Source: Sphaerodactylus townsendi | Taxonomy: Eukaryota | Reading direction: 5' to 3' | DNA length: 64,000 bases | Assembly: GCF_021028975.2 (NCBI RefSeq) | Contig: NC_059427.1 | Coordinates: forward strand, 152,148,001-152,212,000 | Made by a program: the position numbers and the translations under genes | The notes under the pieces: generated by a model | Seen by the model: the letters and a program-made list of their open reading frames with translations, nothing else | Databases searched by the model: none | Told to the model about the DNA's origin: nothing | In this document: in pieces, positions 37,930 to 52,800 of the stretch | How the letters are laid out: every line of letters starts with the position of its first letter | Numbering within the stretch: the first letter of the stretch is position 1

Positions 37930-40900
37930 AAATGCATTAAACAAATAAACAGCTGACCCACTCTCTGTGTGTATTTGTGAAGTGCCATCAAGTCACAACT
38001 GACACAGGACAACCCAATAGGATTATCAAGGGAAGAAGTGAACAGAGGTGTCTTGCCATTTTCTGCCTCTCCATGATGACTGTGGTTTTCCTTGGGGGTC
38101 TCCCATCCGCTAGCCATGGCCCACCCTGCTTAGCTTCCAAGCTCTGATGAGATCAAGGTAACCTGGGCAATCCAGGACAGGTTAACTGCTCCTGTACACA
38201 TCCATTTAAAAATCCCCATGTTTAGCCTGATTGGTCAAGTTTCTGGCCAAGCTGTTTCAAACAACACTTCTGAAGTGAAGGCAGAGGAACACTGTGCACC
38301 CCTTGCAAGATGCCACATAAACACATTATCTCAGTCTTCTATCAGTGGGTTCTGGGAAGCTTGTGTTGATGCACTTCCTAGAAGGCTGGCAGTTTTGCTC
38401 TTACCATTTCAGCTGCATCACTGGTTAACCACCCCACCAAATCCAGACCCAGCTGCTGTATCGTGGCCTGCCAGGTGCTTTCCTGGCCAGCAAAAGCTGG
38501 GAAAGCTTCTCAACACCTTGGTGGGCCTGCCTACACACTTGGGGGTTGGGTTGCCAATCTCCAGGTGGGGCCTGAAGATCTATTGGAATTACAACTAATC
38601 TCCAGATTACAGAGATTAGCTCCCCTGGGAAAAAATGGCATCTTTGGACAGTGGACTATGAACAGTTGCATTATACCCCATTAAGATCTCTTCCCAAACT
38701 CTTTACTATTCCATGCTCCCACTCCAAAATCTGTGGGAATTTCCTAACCTGAAGATGGAAACTCTAGGCTTGACTTGGAGGGTCACTGTATGACCCTGAG
38801 CTAGGATTTTCAGTGCACCAAGCACCGTTGCACAGGATATTTCTGTATTGTTGGAATTATGACATTGCTCTGATTCTGAAGATTAGAAAGCAGGCTACAC
38901 GGCCCTCTTGTCACCGTCACAATGACCCTGAGAGGTAAATTAAGCTGTGAAAGAGTGACTGGCTGGAAATCATCCAACCAGTTTCAAGGCAGTGTGAGCA
39001 TTTGAATCCAAGTTTCCCAGTTCCAGTCTAACATATGACACCACATTTGGCTCTGCGTTACCTCGTGCATAATTCTCACTTTTTTGGCCCATATTTTGTG
39101 ATATTTTCCCCTGCATTATTTATTGGTTAAAAAAACCCTGTTTTTTCCCCATATCCTTTGGTACATCCCCTGTTTGCTTTGTTGTCTTTCTTTGTGCATC
39201 AGAGCCTGCAACAGAAATATGAACAAAAACCTCTAAGGCAAAAAAAATGCAGCAGAATAAAAAAGTGTCCTCAGAAGCAAGCAAAGAATTCCATGCCATA
39301 ATGTGCAGGAAAAAACATGCAACAAATCAGGACAAAAAAATTAGATGAATAATGTGCAGGGGGAGGGAGGGTTCAAAAAGGTGTTCAAAATGCACCAAAT
39401 AGAAAAAGAAAAACACTAGAAAACATGCAACAAAATGTGATAAAAAGTGGGCAAAGATTTGCACAAGTATTGTGAGGAAATGAGAACAAAAACACAATCC
39501 CTCCCCCAAAGTAACTGACAATTTGTTTTTTAAAAAGGCCAAACGGTTTGCAGCAAGCAAAATGCAAGCAAAAATAACATGGAAGAATGCAAGGAAAATG
39601 CATGTTTAAAACATTTGCTACAAATTCTGGGGGGAAATAACTGTTATCTCCTAGGGAAAGTAACATCTAGTTCGAACCGAGGGATACAAGAAACTACCCG
39701 GTTCTGACACATGTAAAGATAACATGAATGTGTCACAACAGGAAATAGCTGGCGAATTGTGGAACATGTAGTCCCAGCTGAAATCAGAAGTTGTGAGTGG
39801 AAGGGAGGAAGATCCCTGTCTCTATATCCCTTCTTTTGTTTAGATTTTACAAGAGCCACTTGGTATCCTTCTCATTCTTCAGTGCTCAGTTGTCTCCCTG
39901 GGGTCTCTAGAAACTGTCTCAGTGGAGATCTAATTAACCTGTTGACAACAGTGAGTGCAGAGCAATTACACAGAGAGAACAAACACTTTTTTGATTTTTA
40001 ACTCGGTGGTAACTTCCTCACAGGGAGCAGAAAATATTCTGCCTTACAGACAATTAAGAGCAAAACACATTTGCAGCTCGTGTTGCCATTCCAACTCGAG
40101 GTTTGCAAATATCTAGAGGTATGAGAGTGGAGTCTGGGAGAGTGGGATTTAGGGAGGGGACAGACCCAGTAGGGTATAATACAATGCTGTTGGTGATGGA
40201 ATGGATGCAGTGCTGGGGCAGGGGCATTCATTCATTTCAAGTCATCAAACACAAATGTGATTAGTGTCAGTAAATAACTATCAGTACAATCCTTTTTGGT
40301 GGTCAGATCTGCCTAGGTCTGCAGAGCAAATTGGGACAACTACCCTATCAGTTACAGCATCTGCTGAATGATGGTAAAAATCCCATGTCTGTAACTGAAG
40401 TGGTATGTTTCTTCCCTAAAAAGCAGCCACTGGAAAGTATCTAACTATTCCCTTTTGTGCCATTGCCCAAAATGAAAATGGCTCCCTTGGATTGCTCATT
40501 GTCACCAAGTGGAAAAAAACTGGCACAAAAAAAGATACTGCCTTTTCCCTCTATTGCAACTAAAGGGAGACTAGGGATGCATTTTTGATTGAGGCAAAAA
40601 TGTGGGGAAGGGGTAAAGTTAATCTCCCTCAGCACCCCTCAATTAATATATTGTTGCTTTTCAAGGTCAGAAAATGTTTCCATTTCCAGACACAGAACTC
40701 CACTGTCATGTGGAGTTTGATCCTCACATTTGCCTCTAAGACTGCCTGACAGCTGGATGTCACAGGAAGGAATCGATTCAAAGGTTACAGTATGCTGCTG
40801 AATCCCATCAGTGTTCCTATTCAGGGTTGATATGATCAAGAAAAAAAGAGATGAGTTTGGATTCATGCTCCACCTTTAGAAAACTATCTTTTTTTCATCT

Positions 40901-41799
40901 GGTTATTTGTTTTGGTAACAAATTGTTGAAAGCTGGATGGTGAAGTGGTTAGAGTGCCAGTCCATGACCCCAGGAGACTCTTTTTAAGAGCATTGCATAA
41001 TTTATACAGTCCTCTATATATGGGGCCCTTTATGGAGAATAACATGTGCAACAAAGATTTCTGCTCTGCAACTTTTTGTGGCAGTATCACACTTCCAGGG
41101 GTTTTTTTTTGCCCCCTGTAATTGTTGACAACCATCTCCCCCCTCCCTGACAGATAGCCCTACCTTCTACTTTTGCTTTTTGTCATAGATCTCTACTACA
41201 ATCCTCACCCTGTGAAAACAGAAAGTAATAAGGAATGTTGTGGCACTTTCAAGACTAGCAGATGCCCAGAGTAACCCTTAAAGAGGTCTGCTCAGAATCC
41301 TGCTTGCATGTATTCAGTGTCGCTTACTCCCACAAAAGAAGTCTTAGGACCCACTCGTATTGAAGCAACAATATCTTTTATGGTGCTGTTACCATTTTTG
41401 CATTTTTATTATTTTAGTGGGCTAACATTGTTGCTGATCATTTTAATGGATTGTTCATGATTTATTGTGAAAACTTGAAGAATCCTGTTGGAACTCACTT
41501 GCTCAAGGAGAGCACAAGATGCAAACATTTCAAAACATATATAAACGAAGCATCAAGCAGCCAAGCTTTTGCTCCAAAAGCCATTTTGACAAGGGGAAAA
41601 CAATCCTGGGTAGTTCAGAGAAGCCAGTGAAAGAGTCTGTTGTTTCCTTGAACAGGAGATAGAATGTTCTTATAGCATCAGAGAAACTAATTCACCCAAA
41701 TGAAAAATTTCTTATCTACCACTCTTGATGGACATAGTCAGGGCAAGTGCGGTGTAAGATTAAGGAGCATAAAGCTGTGTAGAAAACTCGGTCCTGGAG

Positions 41800-42082
41800 A
41801 GAGCCAGTGTGTTGTAGTGGTGAAGAGCAGGTGAATTCTGATCTGGAGAACTCTGTTTGATTCCCCACTCCTCCACCTGAGTGGCAGAGGCTTCTCTGGT
41901 GAACCAGATGTGTTTTTGCACTCCTACATTCCTGCTGGGTGACCTTGGGCTAGTCACAGTTCTTTCTCAGCCCCACCTACCTCACAAGGTGTCTGTTGTG
42001 GGGAGAGGAAGGGAAGGGAGTTTGTAAGCCACCTTGAGTCTCCTTACAGGAGAGAAAGGCGGGGTATAAATCCAAACTCTTC
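41800..42082 (+). mobile_element. tRNA-derived SINE (CORE-type, squamate Squam3-like)
   Basis: A box TGTAGTGGTGAAGAGC, B box GTTTGATTCC, core CTGGGTGACCTTGGGCTAGTCAC, tail GGTATAAATCCAAACTCTT. Other copies at about 51268-51510, 52920-53225 and 58070-58360. Confidence 0.8.
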
Positions 42083-42934
42083 GATAGTTAGTTTGCAATC
42101 AGAGCTTCAGATACCGTGGATCATAATTTATCAGCCCCCGCCAGCATCATGCTGGTAGGGCTGGCTGGGATTTTGTAGTCCACGAACATCTGGAGAGTCC
42201 GCAGGTTGCAGACCCCTGTTCTACTACAGGGGTCTACCGGCACAAGGCTCAGATGTTCGTGGACTACAATTCCATCGGCCCCTGCCCGGCATCATGCTGG
42301 CAGGGGCTCGATATCCACAATTTCTGATTCTGAACTATTCAGAGCAGCAACTGCAACTCGAATTTGTGTCCAATGTGAATTACCTCATGCGGTCGCTAGG
42401 TGGCAGTGTATTCGAGGACCCTGCAAAATGCTGTCTACTCCCGGAAGAGTTTTCCTAGTAACTACTAATTCTTGCCAAAAACGGATGCAGTTTGCTGTTG
42501 TTACCTGGTCTACCCCACCTCCTCCTTTCCCGCTAGCCACTCTGCTAGAAAGCATATCATACGTTAAGCTGCAGTTTGTTTGTTTTCCGGATCGCAAGGA
42601 GCAACGTGGGAGACGCCCCTTCCAAACTGTGCAACGACAGATTAGAGAATCTGACGCCCAAGCCTCGGCGCCTCTTTATGCCAAAGGCTGGCTGTCACTA
42701 CAGAGTCGCAATGAATGAGCCGATGATGGGCCCGGCACTGGCTAGCCAAGGTCCGTGGCTAAAGGCATTTAAGGGTGCAAGGCTAAGCGATTCTCTGCTG
42801 CGTAATTGAGCCTCCCTCACTTCCTCGCAGCAGTCTAATCGGGAGGACCGAGTGCGCGCCGCAATGTAGGACGACCCATCTGTTCCGTGCAAGTGAACCT
42901 CCCTTACTCTGCTAGCTGCCTGGGCGATTGCTCA

Positions 42935-43085
42935 AGGCAGGAGACATGCAGAGGTGGTTTGCCATTGCCCGATTGCATAGAGATCCTGGACTATCTTGGT
43001 GGTCTCCCATCCAAATACTAACCAGGACCAACACTGTCCAAGCTTCCGAGATTGGGCCAGCCAGGCTGGGCTATCTGAATCAGGA
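42935..43085 (-). mobile_element. 5S-derived SINE
   Basis: GGTGGTTTGCCATTGCC...GGTGGTCTCCCATCCAAATACTAACCAGG... Confidence 0.75.
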
Positions 43086-43507
43086 CTTTACACATAAATA
43101 TGTTTTAACGAGAATACCTGAAATTGACCCAGAAGTCCCAGCAATTCCTAACCGGGTCACTGTGCCTCTCTGGTAAAACGCTGGGAGCCTTCTAATTCAA
43201 CTAACGTAAGGGCAGCTTCTCCCTAATCCAGTTCAGTTCTGGCTTTTATTTTAGCCCCCTTGAAATGAAAAGCAAATTCAGGCCGATATCTTGGATTGAA
43301 AACAAACTCCTCAGAATCTACTCAAAAGCCATATTAGCAATGCTAAAGAACGTCTGGTCGGCCCCCAAAATATAACCGCATTAGGTATATTCGGAGCTGT
43401 TCGATTGCAACTCTATAGGAGTCCACAATTGCACGCGGGCCAGTACCGCAGTTCCAGCCTCCACCCCCCCTCCATCCCATAACGGAACAAAAGTCTTAAA
43501 GAGACCG

Positions 43508-43548
43508 GAGCTCTTTTCACGAGAAAGTGGGTGGCTCTTAAAAGAGCC
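43508..43548 (-). terminator. Histone 3' stem-loop and U7-binding downstream element (HDE) of H2B
   Basis: Minus strand GGCTCTTTTAAGAGCC (43548-43533), then ACCCA, then purine-rich GAAAAGAGCTC (43518-43508). Confidence 0.95.
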
Positions 43549-43576
43549 TTTGGGTTTTGAAGTCTCCTTTTTGACC

Positions 43577-44779
<1,203 letters not shown>

Positions 44780-44832
44780 GGCGGCGGCCGGCCATCCCTT
44801 CCTGGACAAAACCATCCGTGTCAAAAACAAAA

Positions 44833-44872
44833 GGCTCTTTTAAGAGCCACCCACGCTTTCAAAAACGAGCTG
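44833..44872 (+). terminator. Histone stem-loop and HDE of first H2A
   Basis: GGCTCTTTTAAGAGCC at 44833-44848, ACCCA, then AAAAACGAGCTG at 44861-44872. Confidence 0.95.
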
Positions 44873-45351
44873 GAATTGTGTGTTGCATTGCGGGGTTTTC
44901 GTAGGAGCGCCAGCACTGAATCCTAGGGGATGATGAATAGTTTCCAAAATATTAAGAGTGTTGGATTTTTTTCCCTGTCAGGGTAGAAAGTCAGTGGTTT
45001 CTCGAACGCGTTTGCGACTGCTGGGAGGCGATTCACGCATTCTCGGCAATGACAGGCCTCTGTTACAGGGTTGTTGTAATGCTTCCTGTACTGTCCGTGA
45101 CTTGCATTAAAAACTTACCTGAGAAACCTGCGTGAAGGTTCTTTGAACAGCACGTAATACAAGTGGAATGGGAACGCCCCAATTTTGGGCGGGGAGTGTA
45201 TGTGTGCGGATTTTATGAAGCTTGCTTAGTCCCGGAGCGCAAGTTCACGAACCGCGGCAAATGTGAAACCGCAGCCCGAGCCCCCCAGATTCAAATTCCC
45301 CCCCCCCCAAAGCAAGTGTGAGATTAGATGTACTATCATCCCGAGATACTG

Positions 45352-45447
45352 GATCCTCTGAAGATGCCAGCCACAGATGCAGGCGAAACGTCAGGAGAGA
45401 ATGCTGCTAGAACACGGCCATACAGCCCGGAAACCACACAGCACCCA
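45352..45447 (+). mobile_element. Penelope-like element terminal-repeat fragment with a minimal hammerhead motif
   Basis: Same sequence as the arms of the palindromes at 7.9 and 11.8 kb; TCCT-CTGAAGA-T-GCC..GGC-GAAA-C-GTC-AGGA at 45354-45396. Confidence 0.75.
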
Positions 45448-45697
45448 AGATAAAAGTAGAGCTTGAACTCTACGCCAACGTATCTAGAAGGGGAAGTGGA
45501 CCTTTATTCTATCATGAATCTAAACCAGAATATATAGCAGTAGCAGCTGCAGATATTGTTTCCACCTACCAATTGCGAATTTCAGAAACCTTTCTGAACT
45601 ACTCCAAAACTCAAGCATACAGGGATTTCACGTTTGCCATTGCCAGTCTACATAGACACGTGAAGTCTACAGCCTTAACACGAAATGAAAGTAAAGA

Positions 45698-45738
45698 CAG
45701 CTCTTTTTTTGGATAAGTGGGTGGCCCTTAAAAGGGCC
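45698..45738 (-). terminator. Histone stem-loop and HDE of H4
   Basis: Minus strand GGCCCTTTTAAGGGCC (45738-45723), ACCCA, then AAAAAAAGAGCTG (45710-45698). Confidence 0.95.
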
Positions 45739-45765
45739 GTTGGATTTTGTTATTAGAGAAATTAT

Positions 45766-46275
<510 letters not shown>

Positions 46276-47445
46276 CGCTGGTTGGAATTTAAGTGCTTGA
46301 GAGGAAACTGGCGCCTTTTCTCTCCCCACCCGCACTTTCCTGCCCCTCCGCTGCGGTCATTTGGCGTTTAGTTGCTCTGGATAATAACAGCTAGACTAGT
46401 CGCCCGATTACAAAGAAATATAGTCGGGCGCGGGGGCACACTATACAATCACTTATCCCCACACAGTTCGCTATCACTCTGTAAAGGCAGTCTTATTAGG
46501 AGTAACTTGCTTTGCTGCTGTCTTGGGACTGTATCGGGAGATACTGGATCTTTTTCTTTGTCATATTAGATTCGGAAATCAGTCCTGGCGTTGTATGGAG
46601 TAAGGTTTTACAGGCTCGTGAAGTGGATCTGCAATTCTAATCTGCGGTGATTAATTTCCGGGTCACCCAATATACAGCCATGACCCAAACATTGAAAAAT
46701 ATTTTTGCAATCTGAAACGGAAATGTGGTCCATACACCTCCTTGCAAGGTATTTTGACAGAAGGGCATAATACAGCGGTAGAGCTTTTGGATGTAGTTCA
46801 TCCTAAACAATTATATTTTCTGCCCTACCTCTGTTCACCTGAGTAACAGTTACGCACGAGCAACACACTGTCACAATGTCTCCTCATCTGCAACAGTGTT
46901 CTTTGTTTATAGTCTATTTTATATGCATGGGGTGGATTACATGAAAATGATACAATGAAGAATGCCATAAAAGATACAAACAGCAAATGAAACTGGAATC
47001 CAGGACAACTGCACAACTGCAAGGATCAGATCCTTTAATAAACACAGATTCCCACTTTTTACTCACTTATCAATATTTAATATTTAAATCTAAACAAAAT
47101 TTGGGGCCTCCTGCCCATTGCAGATGTCAGCCAGCCACACTGAGCTCCTCTTAAGCGGGAAAGGAGGGGTCTAAAATGATTATTATTAATAATAATACTA
47201 ATGCTAGAAAATTAGAGAATGAACTTTCCTTGATAAGAGATAAATTTTTCATTCCATAGACACTTGGGCTTACTGTATTATTTTTTTTTAAAAAACATCA
47301 AAATGACTGCAAAGTGATTATCTGCTCATTTCATCTGAAGAAACAGGTTCTAATCCACAAATGTTTATGGTGGAATAAAATTCAACATTTATTTATTTGT
47401 ATGCATAGCCATATCAGTAAGCTGAACCAGCCCATTTAAAATAGA

Positions 47446-47512
47446 CTCACAGAGATTAAAGGCAAATTATACATAGTGTCTCACAGAGATTAAAGGCGAA
47501 TTATACATAGTG
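47446..47512 (+). repeat. 34-bp tandem duplication
   Basis: CTCACAGAGATTAAAGGCRAATTATACATAGTG twice. Confidence 0.95.
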
Positions 47513-49104
47513 AGTCAATGCAATCAACAATAACAAAGACATTCAATATCCAGTGCATTAGGATTTAGGGGTCTGGAACTACCAGAAAGAACTGAAACAT
47601 AGCATAACTATTTACATGAAACATTAAGCAGTCAGTAGGATTCTGGTGTTCCTTGGTGGTCTCCCATCCCAGAACTAACAGCCCCAGATCCTGCTTAGCT
47701 TCTGAGATCTGATGAAATTGGACTAGCTTTTAACATCTACTTTTAACACCACTGTTGACATTTGCATGCAGTCTATTATATAATCTGTATTAGTATATAA
47801 TGATTATATAAAAACTTCAAATGTAGAATCAAAAGGCTGTGAAATCATCCACCCACCTTTTCCCCTGGCCATATAAGACTGGGAGTGATTGTGTCTGCTC
47901 CGTTTTGCAGATCAATAGATATAATCACCACCATTTTAAAGTTTGGGATTGGGAAAACAGTCACACAAACCAAGCCACTGTCTGCATAAATGGCTTCATG
48001 GTGTTTACCTTATTTGGTTTTTCAGAGGATGGCAGCCTTCTTGCCCTCAACCAGACAAGTTATTTGGTTAAATGTCTGAACCAGGTCCAGGTGGCGAACA
48101 GATCAAGTGCAGCTTCTTAGCAGGTAACATAAAAGAAATGTATATGTAATATAGTTAAGGATAGTTGCAGCTGATACCTCTCTATTCAGATCAGCTTACA
48201 GAAATGAAGGGTTTAGTATAACCTCCCTAATTCTGAGGTAGAAGCAGTTTATTTAAACTCAATGTAATATAACCTAAAACATGACAGAATTTGTTGAAAT
48301 GTAAGATCCTGTAGATTGGAGTCTGAGATATCTGACGCAATATGATCTAATCCAAGAAGATGGATGCAATTAAAAGGTATGCTAGCTTTTAAAGTGCCAC
48401 CAAGACTATTTCCCTCTCCCTAATGTACTGCTCTGGAGGGTGGAGGGTGGCATGGTGTAGGGATGAGAGACCACCAAAGAAGACTCTGCAGAGGAAACCA
48501 ATCCTAAACCACATTTTCTTCTTGCCCGCCTTGGAAGCCCCTTGCTGGGGTCGTCATAAATCAGCCACTATTTAACAGTATGTAATGTTCACTTTGCCTG
48601 TGAAACCGAGTCCCTCAACCGGTCTCTCTGACTGGCATTTGGTTTGGTGAAACACAGAAGGGGTTGCCAACAACCTGGAGGAAAAGCAACAAAGGCTTAA
48701 TATGGAAAAATAGACAGAAAATGCTTTTCCTGCCATGGAGCTGAATATCACCTGGTCAATAACATTCCATTAACGCTAAATTAAAGGGACAGGACATTTT
48801 TTCCCTTCCTCCAGGTAACTCTATTTTCCAGTGTTCCTGATCCCTGTAACTGGCACTTTCTGTTTGTGCGTGGGGCTGGGGGGGAGCAAAATAGATACCT
48901 TCCATCACCAATCCAGGCCCCTTTTGTCTGTGTTAAAAAAAACTACACACACACACTGACCATTGTACACATTGCTATAGTCCACAGAAGCACGTAAAGC
49001 GGAGCCAGCCCACCACCTCAACCAGGAAACGGCAATACAGAAAAGGCAAAAAGGGACACAGCGCGAGCCGCTTCTCATCTGCGTATCAAGGTCGCCCAGT
49101 TCCA

Positions 49105-49310
49105 CCTTCTCTATTGGTTCAAGCGCCTTCTGACGTTCCCCACCACATGCAAATCACGGCGACTGTGAAGCTCCCCGTCCCCATTGGATGGGCGCGACAC
49201 CTTCTCCTTCAGTTGGCCGAGCTGAGAAATCCAGTTTCTGATTGGTTGCAAAAAGGCGAGTTGCGAAGACTACCAATCAGAAATGCGAGGTCAAAGTATA
49301 AAAGGTCTGG
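49105..49310 (+). promoter_or_regulatory. Promoter of second H2A
   Basis: ATTGG at about 49113, TGACGT at 49131, octamer ATGCAAAT at 49147-49154, ATTGG at about 49183 and 49241, CCAATCA at about 49273, TATAAAAG at 49297-49304. Confidence 0.85.
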
Positions 49311-49368
49311 GTCCCGCATTGCTAAGCTCACTTCGTTTTGCTTCGGATTTTTGTAAGTGTGAAGGTAG

Positions 49369-49770
<402 letters not shown>

Positions 49771-49827
49771 ACAAGCCGCCGCTGCCAGCGCCGAGGACAA
49801 AAGGGGCTCGTCTATTTTAAACCTAAA

Positions 49828-49868
49828 GGCTCTTTTCAGAGCCACCTACAATATCACATAAAGACCTG
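49828..49868 (+). terminator. Histone stem-loop and HDE of second H2A
   Basis: GGCTCTTTTCAGAGCC at 49828-49843, ACCTA, then AAAGACCTG at 49860-49868. Confidence 0.93.
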
Positions 49869-52800
49869 CGAGTCTATGTAAATAGCACTTTTCAGTTTGT
49901 CACTGCTGGTACTTTCCAGGCGAAGCATTCTGCCAGATATCTCTCCCCGCCCTGCCGCCTCGTTCTTTCTACGGCTTCATGTCCTAAAACAATTTGCTGT
50001 TGTAGATGAAGAGTGGTTGAAGCTGAAAATACTTCCGCGAAAAGCCCTTTTGCAGGGTGGTCCTCAGGAAAGCTGCTAACCTCTTGAAATCTAAAAAATT
50101 CATATTCTGGGAGGCAGTTTGGTTCAGAGTAGGGACTGTGTACTGATGATTCTGTCAAAAGAGTGTTGGGTGGATTGGGGATTGCTAGCCAGGGTGATCT
50201 GAAAGCTTGCTATCGTACATGTTTCTGTAATTTACATATCTACAGATGGTAAGAAGCCTGCCAACTAGTGCTAGGATGTAGCATAGGGGCAGGGGAATCC
50301 TCAGTTGGCTGCTGTAAGGATTTATTGATCTATTCAAGTCACTTATATCTGCCTTTCTCCCCAATGGTAGCATGGCTTTGCCGTCATTCACCTCTCTTGC
50401 ATTTGATCCTCCCACAACAACTCTGTGGTGAGGTAGTATAGGTTGAAATAATTGCCTCTCACTCAAATCATTTTCCATATATTGCATTTTTTTACTTCAG
50501 ATTTACAGGTCTCCATTCCAGTGTCTTTGTGGGGTTTTGTTCCAGGATTACAGGTGATTCTCTTTTCTGTCCCTTCCTCTCCCAGTTTTCAAGGCAAAGA
50601 GAGATGTTCGCAGAGGTGGGCTTTTGTATTATAGGTTCTGCATCTTGCCTTCTGACCCTGAAACCTTCCTTGATGGTCTCTCCCACCCAAGTTCTAACCC
50701 TGTTCAGCTTCCAAAGATCTGGTGAGATTGAGCTACCGGGTGGGCTGTTCAGCCTCCACTGCTTATGCCACTGGCTACCTTCTGAAGCTTGCTGTATCCC
50801 TGTCGTATCGCTTGCTTCGTTGAGTCTTCAACCATTGCAAAGACCAACCCAATCAAAGCACTCCCAATTATCATCCAGCCTCTATTCCGCTGTTGAACAA
50901 GTCGTTACTGTCGTGGAGTTCTTCCCCGATGTTTTAGGTGGGATCTCTTTTCTCCTGTATCTCTTTGAACCCATTTCTCCCTGTCTATCGGCCTCAGGAG
51001 CAACCGAGAACAACCTTGCTTCATCTTCAACATGACACATCCCTTCCAAATATTTAAACATGGGCTATCATGTGGTACTCTCCTCCTAAGAAACTTCGGA
51101 ATGGTCAGTTTATCTGTCCATTTTATCCTCCTAACCATCCCTGCCCTGCTGAAGGTGGCTCAGTGGCCCCAAACTAGGCACTGAGGAGGAATGAGAGGTA
51201 TTTTTTTGACGCTTATACTCTAAAACCCAACACACTTCCATGGCATATTCTGGTTAGGGTTGGTTAGAAACCAGCGTGGTGCAGTGGTTAAAGAGCAGGT
51301 GGATTCTAATCTGGTGAACCAGATGTGTTTGCACTCCTGCGTTCCTGCTGGTCTGGGCTAGTCACAGTTAATTCAAACCTTCTCTCAACCCCACCTACCC
51401 TCACAAGCGCGTTTGTTGTCGGGAGAGGTGGGGAAAGAACTTATTAGGCCACCTTGAGTCTCACAGGAGAGAAAGGTGGGATATAAATCAAACTCTTCTC
51501 TCTTCTTCTAAATGACACAAGCTAAAAGCAGTGCCTTATTCCCAAGCTTCTATGTGGTGGGTTTTGGTCATTTAAAACTGTTTGAAAATCTTGCCCAGGA
51601 AGGCAAAGAAAAAGACAGAGTATCCTTCCTGCTCTTCTTGGGCTTCTTGTCCCCTTCTTCCAAGGTCTTGGAATTAAGAGAAAGCTCTCCCTGTGTATGA
51701 TAGTTTGATTCCAGTCCAGGAGCTCTTAAAAATGGATTGCAAGATTTACCCCGTGGGATAGGTTTTCCAGAGTCAAAGCTAGCCGTCAGATATGAGATAT
51801 TGTGTATAAAGGAAGCTGCTCAGACCCTTATCATTTTAAAATTTAAAAAAATTAGCCTGGTATACTGTATACAATAGACCTTTATTGGCATAAGATACAA
51901 AAAAGCGTGAGTATAGACCTATCACTAAATTTAAAAGAGTTGTACATAAGCGTCTATGAGTAGTTTTACATTCTAAAAAATCACACTTCATTTATAAAAA
52001 ATAGCGTGGAATTAAAAAATTTTGTCCCGCGTGATTGTGAACGGGTATAGTAAAACTACACTTAAAGACAGGATTAAGATATTAGATCGCTATTCATAGC
52101 CTATTTACTAAAAAAAGGTATAGCCTTCCCAAGATCTATAAATTGTATATACTAATTAATACTATAAATTGATTAAATTCACATAACATGCAATAAATAA
52201 CAGTGAGCTGCTTATAAACACCTTCTAAAATACCCCAGGAATTATCAGAGGTATGGAATATTTCACATTTAAATAGTTTTGTACTTGCCTATTTTACATA
52301 CCTCTTAAAGGACATGACTTGCGGCAAATGGTGGCTATTCTCCCAAGTATAGAAGCTGATTATTACTGTTTGCTCTAATTTTGGGATTTGGATATTTGGG
52401 GGGCACATTACTCCAATGTCGGTGGTACTAAAGCTTCCCTCTGGGGATTATATTTTGAGCAATAACATAAAATGTGGTCCAATGTTTCCACCATGGTGGG
52501 ACAAGAAAGAACATAGTCTATGATGATAGAGTCTTCTCAATCCGGCCTTGCAAGAGGGCAGGGAAAAAACATTGCATCTGGCTCGAGGAGTACCCAGTGC
52601 CAAGCAGCTTGTTTAGAATCGGATTTGTAATAAGAGTATTTGGCCATCGCGGCCAGTTAGCCTGGTACATTAGAGAGATTGAGGAGGATTTTTTTGTTGT
52701 TGTTTGTAATCCAATCATTTCACAGTATGGGATTTTCGAGCCCACTTTTCCTGTCCATAGCAGCCTCACAGTTTATTAAAAGCAATGCAAGCTTGTTCTG

